Shown: piece after piece, positions 10,183 to 18,073 of the stretch
Numbering within the stretch: position 1 is the stretch's first letter
Layout of the letters: each line of letters begins with the position of its first letter
Translations under genes and position numbers: made by a program
NCBI GenBank assembly: GCA_963665325.3
Contig: OZ224045.1
Coordinates: forward strand, 1-64,000
Direction of reading: 5' to 3'
Length of the DNA: 64,000 nt
Source of the DNA: Alphaproteobacteria bacterium
GTDB lineage: Bacteria > Pseudomonadota > Alphaproteobacteria > Bin95
Notes under the pieces: generated by a model
What the model was told of the DNA's origin: nothing
Seen by the model: only the letters and a program-made list of their open reading frames with translations
Database searches by the model: none

Positions 10183-13100
10183 CTAGATTTCCTGTACGTC
10201 CACGATATCGCGCATCGCCTTGAGTTCCGTCAACATTCCGGGTGTGACGGCGAAACGGGTGCCCAGCGTCATCTGGACTTCATGCGACCTGTCCATGTCG
10301 AACAGAATCCGGACCTCGCCGCGCCCGGACGGTTCCCGCTGCAGCACGCTCCGGATGCGGGCCAGCGCCTCGCAGTCCTCGATGAATATGTTGAGGCCGG
10401 CCCCGGTCTTGCCGACCGCGGCATCCAGCGGTTCCACGGTTTTGGCGGTCAGGCGCACATCCTCGCCGTCCATGGCAGCCTCGCAGGCGAATAACAGCGG
10501 TTTTCCCGTGTCCAGCAGCGTTCTCGCCGACGCCAGCACTTCGGAAAAAACCGTGATCTCCGACTGCCCGGAACTGTCGGAAACGGCGACGAAGGCGAAA
10601 CGGTTGCCGCGCTTCGACGTGCGTTCCTGCCTGGACAACACGGTCCCTGCGACTTTGACCGTGCTGCGCCCGCGTCTCACGAGATCCGGCAATGTGCGGA
10701 TCGATTCGATCCTGAGCCGCTGGAAATAGCGCCGGTATTCGTCCAGCGGATGGGCGGACAGATAGAAGCCGGTGGCGTCGAATTCGTGTTGAAGGCGCTC
10801 CATCGGCTCCCAGCTCTGGGCATTCGGCAGCGTCGGGTCCGGCACCAGGTCTTCGACTGCCCCGAAGAGGCTGGTCTGGTTGGTCGTCCGTTCCTCCTCC
10901 TCGACGGCCGCATGGCGCAGCAGCATCTCCGCGCCCGCGAACACGCGCGCCCGGTCCTCCTCCAGCGAATCGAATGCGCCCGCTTCCGCCAGCTTCTCGA
11001 GCAGCCGGGAATTCAGCACCCTGGGGCCGAGCCTGCCGGCAAAGTCGAACGGGTTCTTGAACGGACCGCCGGAACGGCGTTCCCTCTCCATCGCCTCCAT
11101 GGCCGCCCTGCCGACGGATTTGACCGCGGCCAGGGCGTAACGGATGGCAGGCGCTTCCTCCGGCCCCGCCTCTACCTGGAAGAGGGCGCCCGAACGCTGC
11201 ACATCGGGCGGCAGCAGCGCGATGTTCATCCTGTCCAGCTCGCGGAGAAAGGGACCCAGCTTGTCTGTATTGCCGAGCTCGTGGGTCATGGAGGCAGCCA
11301 TGAATTCGACCGGGTGGTTCGCCTTCAACCATGCCGTCTGGTAGGCGATAAGCGCATAAGCCGCCGCGTGGGACTTGTTGAAACCGTAGCCTGCGAATTT
11401 ATCCACAAGATTAAAGATTTTTTCCGCCAGTTTGGCATCGACACCTCTTGCGACCGCGCCGTCGATAAAGGTCTGCCTTTGTGCATCCATTTCCGACTGG
11501 ATTTTCTTGCCCATGGCCCGTCTTAACAAATCGGCGGCGCCAAGCGTGTATCCGGAAAGGACTTGCGCAATTTCCATGACCTGTTCCTGATAAATTATAA
11601 TTCCATATGTTTCCTCCAGAATCGGTTGAAGGGTTTCGTACAGGTAGTCGATCTTCTCCTTTCCGTGCTTTCTCTTGATATAAGCCGGTATATTGTCCAT
11701 CGGGCCCGGCCGGTATAACGCAACAACGGCAATCAGGTCCTCGAACCGGCTGGGTTTCAGCTTCTTCAACATGTCTCGCATTCCGGAGCCTTCCATCTGG
11801 AACACACCGACCGTGTCCCCGCGCGACAGCATTTCGAAGGTCTTTTCGTCGTCCAGAGGCAATTGCAGAAGGTCGATCTCTACTCCCGTTTCGGCAAGCA
11901 TTTTTCGAGTGTCCTCGAGAACCGTCAGTGTCTTGAGGCCGAGGAAGTCGAATTTGACCAGGCCGGCAGCTTCCGCCCATTTCATGCTGAATTGCACCGC
12001 CGGGAGATCCGAGGAGCCACGATCCCGGTAGAGCGGGGCAAGTTGCTGCAACGGCCGGTCGGCGATTACGACGCCCGCTGCGTGGGTCGAGGCGTGCCGG
12101 TACAGTCCTTCGAGCTTGAGCGCCAGATGGATGAGCTGCCCGACTGTCTCGTCCTCGTCCCGCATGGTCAGGAGCGCCGGTTCGTTGGCGACCGCGTCCG
12201 CCAGTTTCGGCGGGTTGGCAGGATTGTGGGGGACCAGCTTGCTGATCCGGTCCACCTGGCCGAACGGCATGCCGAGCACCCGGCCCACATCGCGCAGCGC
12301 GGCGCGGGCTTGCAGCTTGCCGAACGTAATGATCTGCGCCACCCGGTCGTGTCCGTAGCGCTGCTGGACATGCGCGATCACCTCGTCGCGCCGGTCCTGG
12401 CAGAAATCGATGTCGAAGTCCGGCATCGAGACCCGCTCGGGATTGAGGAAGCGTTCGAACAGGAGTCCCCAGCGCAGCGGGTCTAGGTCCGTGATCTGCA
12501 GGGCCCAGGCGACGACCGACCCGGCACCCGAGCCTCGCCCGGGGCCGACCGGAATGTCCCGATCCCTGGCCCAGCGGATGAATTCGGAGACGATGAGGAA
12601 GTAGCCCGGAAAGTTCATGTCGACGATGACGTCGAGCTCGTATTCGAGCCGGTCGCGATAGGCCTTCATGTCTTCTTCGCTGGCGCCGCGCGGCAGGACA
12701 TGCTCCGTAAGCCGCGCTTCGAGGCCGTCGCGGGCCAGGCGGCGGAGTTCCTCCGCTTCGTTCACGCCGGCATCGAAGGCGGGCAGAATCGGCGCCGACT
12801 CGGTCGGCATGAAGGCGCAACGCCTTGCGATGACCAGAGAGTTGTCCGCGGCCTCCGGCAGGTCGGCGAAGAGCGCGCGCATCTCCTCGGCCGTCTTGAA
12901 GCGGTGGTCCGGCGTGAGGCGCGGGCGGTCTTCTTCCTCGACCCGCCGCGACGAGGCGATACAAAGCAGCGCATCGTGGGCTTCGTAGTCGTCCTCGGCG
13001 CCGAAATGAACGTCGTTGGTCGCGACCAGCGGCAGGTGGAGCGCATAGGCGAGTTCGATAGACGCCGCTTCTTCGGCCGGGAGGCCCCCGTCTCCATGGC

Positions 13101-13629
13101 GCATCAACTCGACATAGAGGCGGCCCGGAAACAATCCCTTCAGACGGTCTAGCAGCTCGCGGGCGGCATCCGTCCGGCCTTCCGCCAGAGCGCGCCCGAC
13201 CGGGCCGCGCGGACCTCCGGTGAGCGCAATCAGGCCATCCGTGCGTCCCTCCAGATGGTTCCACTCCACATGCGGCGCTTCCGTCCCTGCTATCTCGAGA
13301 AAGGAAGCGCTGACGAGTTCGAGCAGGTTGCGGTAGCCGTTCTCGTTCTGCGCCAGCAGCAGCAGCGGCGCCGGTTCGCCCTCGTGGCGTCCGCGTTGCC
13401 TGGGGGGCGCCCCGACCGCAAGCAGCGTGCCGATAATGGGCTGGATTCCGGCACGGGAGGCATAGACGGCGAACTCCATCGCGCCAAAGAGATTGCCGCT
13501 GTCCGTGACCGCCACCGCTGGCATGCGCGCCTGCTTGCAGAGGGAGACGAGGTCCTCGATCCGGACCGCCCCTTGGGAAAGCGAGTAGGCGGAATGCACT
13601 CGCAGATGCACGAAATCGGCATAAGGCAT
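10183..13629 (-). CDS. dnaE: DNA polymerase III subunit alpha
   Basis: FVHLRVHSAYSL PHP domain, GPGRGSGAGS, ERVSMPDFDIDF, GLVKFDFLGL, KFAGYGFNKSH. 1148 aa, no intein. Confidence 0.98.
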   Translation of the reverse strand: MPYADFVHLRVHSAYSLSQGAVRIEDLVSLCKQARMPAVAVTDSGNLFGAMEFAVYASRAGIQPIIGTLLAVGAPPRQRGRHEGEPAPLLLLAQNENGYRNLLELVSASFLEIAGTEAPHVEWNHLEGRTDGLIALTGGPRGPVGRALAEGRTDAARELLDRLKGLFPGRLYVELMRHGDGGLPAEEAASIELAYALHLPLVATNDVHFGAEDDYEAHDALLCIASSRRVEEEDRPRLTPDHRFKTAEEMRALFADLPEAADNSLVIARRCAFMPTESAPILPAFDAGVNEAEELRRLARDGLEARLTEHVLPRGASEEDMKAYRDRLEYELDVIVDMNFPGYFLIVSEFIRWARDRDIPVGPGRGSGAGSVVAWALQITDLDPLRWGLLFERFLNPERVSMPDFDIDFCQDRRDEVIAHVQQRYGHDRVAQIITFGKLQARAALRDVGRVLGMPFGQVDRISKLVPHNPANPPKLADAVANEPALLTMRDEDETVGQLIHLALKLEGLYRHASTHAAGVVIADRPLQQLAPLYRDRGSSDLPAVQFSMKWAEAAGLVKFDFLGLKTLTVLEDTRKMLAETGVEIDLLQLPLDDEKTFEMLSRGDTVGVFQMEGSGMRDMLKKLKPSRFEDLIAVVALYRPGPMDNIPAYIKRKHGKEKIDYLYETLQPILEETYGIIIYQEQVMEIAQVLSGYTLGAADLLRRAMGKKIQSEMDAQRQTFIDGAVARGVDAKLAEKIFNLVDKFAGYGFNKSHAAAYALIAYQTAWLKANHPVEFMAASMTHELGNTDKLGPFLRELDRMNIALLPPDVQRSGALFQVEAGPEEAPAIRYALAAVKSVGRAAMEAMERERRSGGPFKNPFDFAGRLGPRVLNSRLLEKLAEAGAFDSLEEDRARVFAGAEMLLRHAAVEEEERTTNQTSLFGAVEDLVPDPTLPNAQSWEPMERLQHEFDATGFYLSAHPLDEYRRYFQRLRIESIRTLPDLVRRGRSTVKVAGTVLSRQERTSKRGNRFAFVAVSDSSGQSEITVFSEVLASARTLLDTGKPLLFACEAAMDGEDVRLTAKTVEPLDAAVGKTGAGLNIFIEDCEALARIRSVLQREPSGRGEVRILFDMDRSHEVQMTLGTRFAVTPGMLTELKAMRDIVDVQEI
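11399..11407 (+). promoter_or_regulatory. Perfect DnaA box TTATCCACA inside the AT-rich patch of dnaE
   Basis: Exact match to the consensus. Function unproven and could be chance. Confidence 0.3.
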
Positions 13630-13768
13630 CGGGCCCGCACTCCCTCATCGTCGGCGAGTCGGGACCTAAACGGATTCGCCCGCCGTGAGCGAGCGAATTA
13701 CCCACAGAATGCCGGAAATCGGTGTGCCGACGGCGGTCGGGTCCGCCCGGGCGCCTGGAGGTTCGACC

Positions 13769-14635
13769 TTACTCCGCCGCTTCCGCCGCCAGTGCGAGCG
13801 GGGCGAGATACGGGCGGTCGCCTTGTATCGTCACCCGGTGGCCTTTGCGCTCCTCCGGCCAGTAGTCCCACATGGCATGGTGCTGGAGGCAACGATTGTC
13901 CCAGAAGGCCATATCGTTGACTTCCCACTTGAAGCGGACCTGGAAACGCTCCTGCTCGATATGCTCGAACAGGAAGTTGAGCAGCGCCTTGCTCTCGGCC
14001 TTGCCAAGCCCTTCGATAGCGGTAGTGAAGCCGCAATTGACATAGAGCGCGCGCCGGCCCGTCTCCGGATGGGTGCGGACGACCGGATGCACGGACTCCG
14101 GATAGACCTTTCCGGCGTCGTCCACATTCCGGTCAGAATAGCGTCCCCGGTAAACATGTTCGGACTCGTGGCGGGCGTTCAGCGTCTCGAGGAACGCCTG
14201 CATCGGCGCCGACAATGCTTCCCAGGCCGCATACATGCTGGCGAACAGCGTATCGCCACCCTGGCTTGGCAATTGGTGCAATTGCAGCATGGTGCCGAGC
14301 GGCGGTTCCGCGTCGCAGGAGACATCCGTGTGCCAGCCATTGCCGTTCGCAATCTTCGAGTCCTTGTGGGTGTGGATCACGAAGACTTCCGGCAGGCCTT
14401 CGAGATGCGGCGCCGCCGGGTGCACGTGGAGCCCGCCGAAACGCCGGCCGAAGGCGATCTGCTGGTCGGGCGACAACCTCTCCTGTTCCTTGAAGAACAC
14501 CACCTGGTGGCGCAGGAATGCCGACCGCACTTCCTCAAACACCTCGTCCGGCAGGGGCTCACGGAGGTCCACCCCGCGAATCTCGGCCCCAACCGTAGGA
14601 GTCAGGCTCCTGACATCTATATGACGGTAGGTCAT
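13769..14635 (-). CDS. TauD/TfdA-family Fe(II)/2-oxoglutarate dioxygenase
   Basis: LTPTVGAEIRGVDL, WHTDVS (HxD), GGDTLFASMYAA, HPVVRTHPETGR, FWDNRCLQH. RBS GAGGAG. Confidence 0.93.
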   Translation of the reverse strand: MTYRHIDVRSLTPTVGAEIRGVDLREPLPDEVFEEVRSAFLRHQVVFFKEQERLSPDQQIAFGRRFGGLHVHPAAPHLEGLPEVFVIHTHKDSKIANGNGWHTDVSCDAEPPLGTMLQLHQLPSQGGDTLFASMYAAWEALSAPMQAFLETLNARHESEHVYRGRYSDRNVDDAGKVYPESVHPVVRTHPETGRRALYVNCGFTTAIEGLGKAESKALLNFLFEHIEQERFQVRFKWEVNDMAFWDNRCLQHHAMWDYWPEERKGHRVTIQGDRPYLAPLALAAEAAE

Positions 14636-14660
14636 ATCCGGTTTCTCCTCGTTCGCCCGC

Positions 14661-14963
14661 TCAAGCCAGAACCTGTGCGACATCGACAATCCGGCGCGTG
14701 CGGGTGACACGGTCCTGCCAGACCCGGTCGAATTCCGCAATGAGCGCGGCAATCGCTTCCGAGTTCGTGGCCTTCTCCGCCGCCGCCATATCGGCGAACG
14801 CATAGAAGGCGAGATGTGCGCCGTCGTCGCTCCAGCCGCGAAACGCCTTCGCCACCTTGAAGGCAGCCTTCGCGTCCGGCAGGTGTTCGTCCGCATACCA
14901 GCGGTCGAACGCGGCGCGGTCGCTCTCGGGCACCTCTGCGCGCACCATCAGATAAGCAGTCAT
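14661..14963 (-). CDS. Small EthD/ABM-like alpha-beta barrel hypothetical protein
   Basis: AAFDRWYADEHLPDA motif, 100 aa, co-oriented with the dioxygenase. Start could be 14969. Confidence 0.65.
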   Translation of the reverse strand: MTAYLMVRAEVPESDRAAFDRWYADEHLPDAKAAFKVAKAFRGWSDDGAHLAFYAFADMAAAEKATNSEAIAALIAEFDRVWQDRVTRTRRIVDVAQVLA

Positions 14964-15136
14964 CGGCATGTCCCGTCGAATGAACGCTGCCGGTAATTCT
15001 GTGCCACCGGCTTCCAACAGGCAAGTGTGCTCCCGGGCCGCCTCTCTGCTTTTCTGCGCAGGAGAGCGGCCGGGGCAGCAACAAAAGTCCCGGCGGAACG
15101 ACTCCCAAGCTGCGGAATTCCGCGTAGGCTCGCCTC

Positions 15137-16288
15137 ATGATCGAAAATTGCGATACCGCCTACGGTCGGGTCCCCTTGCCGGCCGGCATCCGTTCGCGCA
15201 TGGCGGCGAACGGTAACGGGCTCGAAATGCACTTCCTGGAAGCCGGCTTCGAGGTGCGGGGTCGGCCCTGCGCGCTGCTGCTGCACGGCTTCCCCGAACT
15301 CGCTTACAGCTGGCGGCGTGTCATGCCGGCCCTGGCGAAGGCGGGCTACCATGTCGTCGCGCCAGACCAGCGCGGCTTCGGGCGGACGACGGGCTGGGAC
15401 CCGGACTACGACGCCGACCTTTCGCCCTACCGGCTGTTCAATCTGGTGCGCGACATCATGGGACTGCTGGACGCGCTCGGCCACCGGGAGGTCGCGCTGC
15501 TGGCTGGCCACGACTACGGCGCGTCGGTTGCGGCCTGGGCGGCCGTGATCCGCCCCGACATCTTCCGCAGGCTGGCGCTGATGAGCGCGCCGTTCCCGGG
15601 GCCGCCGGACATTTCGCCGCAACCGCCGCCCGCGCGGTCGATCCACGCCGACCTCGCGGCGCTCGACCGGCCGCGCAAGCACTACCATTGGTACTATTCC
15701 ACGCCGTCGGCGAACTCGGACATGCAGGATTGCCCCCAGGGAGTCCACGCCTTCCTGCGGGCCTATTTCCACCACAAGAGCGCCGACTGGTCCGGCAACC
15801 GCCCTTTCCGGTTGGCGGGGTGGACCGCCGGGGAACTGGCCCGGATGCCGACCTACTACATCATGGACCTCGGCCGGACGATGGCGGAAACGGTAGCCGA
15901 AGAGATGCCCGGCGTAGAGGTAATCGCTGCCTGCCAATGGCTTCCGGACACTGAACTCGCAGTCTATGCACGGGAATACGAACGCACCGGATTCCAGGGC
16001 GGGCTGCAATGGTATCGCTGCCGGACGAGCGGGCTGTTCGACCGGGAGCAGGAACTGTTTTCCGGGCGCCGTTTCGAGCTTCCGGCCTGCTTCATTTCGG
16101 GGACTGCCGACTGGGGTGTCTACCAGACCCCCGGTGCCCTGGAAGCCATGGAGGCGCGCGCCGCCGCCTGGGCCGGCACATGGCTGGTCGAGGGGGCAGG
16201 ACACTGGGTCCAGCAGGAGCAAGCGGAGGCCGTATCGGCCCGCCTGATGGCTTTTGCCGCAGGTTCCGCCGGCCCGTGCGCGGGATGA
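15137..16288 (+). CDS. Alpha/beta hydrolase, epoxide hydrolase type
   Basis: LLHGFPELAYSWR, APDQRGFG, GHDYGA nucleophile Asp, GAGHWVQQEQ. Confidence 0.92.
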   Translation: MIENCDTAYGRVPLPAGIRSRMAANGNGLEMHFLEAGFEVRGRPCALLLHGFPELAYSWRRVMPALAKAGYHVVAPDQRGFGRTTGWDPDYDADLSPYRLFNLVRDIMGLLDALGHREVALLAGHDYGASVAAWAAVIRPDIFRRLALMSAPFPGPPDISPQPPPARSIHADLAALDRPRKHYHWYYSTPSANSDMQDCPQGVHAFLRAYFHHKSADWSGNRPFRLAGWTAGELARMPTYYIMDLGRTMAETVAEEMPGVEVIAACQWLPDTELAVYAREYERTGFQGGLQWYRCRTSGLFDREQELFSGRRFELPACFISGTADWGVYQTPGALEAMEARAAAWAGTWLVEGAGHWVQQEQAEAVSARLMAFAAGSAGPCAG

Positions 16289-16344
16289 CACGGCGGGACT
16301 CCCGCTGCTAGTTTCGCCCGCAACCCCTCTGGAGGAAAAGCAAA

Positions 16345-18003
16345 GTGGGCACTTCGACCGGCGCCGAGATCATGGCGCGCGAACTCAAGAAACACGGCGT
16401 CGAATACATGTTCGGCATTGTCGGCTTTCCGGTGCAGCCGATCGCCAAGGCGGCGCAGGAGGTCGGCATCAAATATGTCGGCATGCGCAACGAGCAGGCG
16501 GCGTCCTATGCGGCACAGGCCGCCGGCTATCTGACCGGGCGTCCGGGCGCGTGCCTCACGGTCTCCGGGCCGGGCGTCATCCATGCGCTCGCCGGCCTCG
16601 CCAATGCCGAGCAGAACTGCTGGCCGATGATCCTGATCGGCGGCGCCTCGCCCGTCTATCAGAACGGCATGGGCGCGTTCCAGGAGGAGAACCAGGTCCA
16701 GCTCGCTGCGCCCTACTGCAAGTTCGCCCATGCCGTCGAGCACGCACGGCGCATCCCGTTCTATGTCGAAAAGGCGGTGCGCACCTCGATCTACGGCCGT
16801 CCGGGTCCGGTCTATCTCGACATGCCGGACGACATCATCCAGGAGGCCGTTGAGGAAGAGGACATCCACGAGGCCGCTCCGGTGGCCGATCCGCCGCGGA
16901 TGCAGGCGATGGGCGAGGACATCGAAGCGGCGCTAGACGCGCTCGAATCCGCCGAGCGTCCGCTGGTGATCGTCGGCAAGGGCATGGCGTGGTCGCGCGC
17001 CGAGGACGAGGTTCGCGCGTTCATCGAGCGGACTCAGGTGCCGTTCCTGGCATCGCCGCTCGGCAAGGGCGTCGTGGACGATAACCACCCGCTGTCCGTG
17101 GGCGCTGCGCGCAGCCATGCGTTGCGCGAGGCCGATGTGATCTTCCTCATGGGCGCGCGGCTCAACTGGATCATGCATTTCGGCCAGCCGCCGCGTTTCA
17201 ACAAGAAGGTGCGGATCGTCCAGCTCGACATTTCGCCGGAGGCCATCGGCAACAATGTGCCGACGGAAGTGGCGCTTGTCGGCGACGGCAAGGCCGTGGT
17301 CGGCCAGTTGAATGCGGCGCTCGGCGGGCGGCAGTGGTTCTATCCGGCCGATACCGACTGGCGCTCCGCCATCGCGGAGAAGGCGGCCGGCAATGCCGAG
17401 CAGATCCGCCCGATGCTGGAAGACGACTCCACGCCGACCAACTACTACCGCGCGCTGAAGGACATCAACACCTGGGCGGGCAAGGATGCGGTGATTATCG
17501 GCGAAGGCGCCAACACCATGGATATCGGGCGCACACAGCTTCCGAATGCATCGGCGCGCCTGCGCCTCGATGCCGGTAGCTACGGCACGATGGGCATCGG
17601 CATGGGCTTCGCGGTCGCGGCCGCAGTGGTGCACCCGGACCGGCCGATCGTCTCGGTTTCCGGCGACTCCGCCATCGGGTTCTCCGGCATGGAGATCGAG
17701 ACGGCCTGCCGCTACAAGCTGCCGATCAAGATCGTGGTGCTGAACAATGGCGGCATCGGCCAGGGCATCCCGGAATATCCGGAAGACCCGTTCGACAACC
17801 CGGCCGGCGTCCTCATCTACGGCGCGCGCTACGACAAGATGATGGAGGCATTCGGCGGGTTCGGCGCCTTCATTGAAGACCCGGCGGACCTGCCGGCGGC
17901 GCTCGACGCGGCGACGGCTTTTGACGGTCCGGCGCTGGTAAATGTCCGCCTGCACCCGCAAGCCGGCCGCAAGCCGCAGCAATTCGGCTGGCTGACGACC
18001 TGA
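16345..18003 (+). CDS. TPP-dependent 2-hydroxyacyl-CoA lyase / oxalyl-CoA decarboxylase family (HACL-type)
   Basis: GMRNEQAASYAA, NWIMHFG, EGANTMDIGRT, GDSAIGFSGMEIET...LNNGG TPP motif, C-terminal RKPQQFGW. Confidence 0.9.
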   Translation: MGTSTGAEIMARELKKHGVEYMFGIVGFPVQPIAKAAQEVGIKYVGMRNEQAASYAAQAAGYLTGRPGACLTVSGPGVIHALAGLANAEQNCWPMILIGGASPVYQNGMGAFQEENQVQLAAPYCKFAHAVEHARRIPFYVEKAVRTSIYGRPGPVYLDMPDDIIQEAVEEEDIHEAAPVADPPRMQAMGEDIEAALDALESAERPLVIVGKGMAWSRAEDEVRAFIERTQVPFLASPLGKGVVDDNHPLSVGAARSHALREADVIFLMGARLNWIMHFGQPPRFNKKVRIVQLDISPEAIGNNVPTEVALVGDGKAVVGQLNAALGGRQWFYPADTDWRSAIAEKAAGNAEQIRPMLEDDSTPTNYYRALKDINTWAGKDAVIIGEGANTMDIGRTQLPNASARLRLDAGSYGTMGIGMGFAVAAAVVHPDRPIVSVSGDSAIGFSGMEIETACRYKLPIKIVVLNNGGIGQGIPEYPEDPFDNPAGVLIYGARYDKMMEAFGGFGAFIEDPADLPAALDAATAFDGPALVNVRLHPQAGRKPQQFGWLTT

Positions 18004-18011
18004 CTCGCACT

Positions 18012-18043
18012 CCGGCGGCGGCAGGGCGTTCCGCCGCCGCCGG
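18012..18043. terminator. GC-rich hairpin after the HACL gene (possible terminator or stabiliser)
   Basis: Perfect 11-bp stem CCGGCGGCGGC/GCCGCCGCCGG, 8 nt after the stop. No U-tract. Confidence 0.4.
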
Positions 18044-18073
18044 GGAGAGGCGGCAAGAAGGGGGAGGCGCAGA

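Noticed and set aside
11370-11400. Intein at the DnaE KFAGY|GFNKSH site
   Set aside because: The frame is continuous at normal length, and the +1 residue is Gly rather than Cys/Ser/Thr.
11583-11612. Possible dif site in the AT-rich dnaE patch (GTTCCTGATAA-ATTATA-...)
   Set aside because: The left arm is vaguely XerC-like, but there is no TTATGTTAAAT-like XerD arm at the required spacing.
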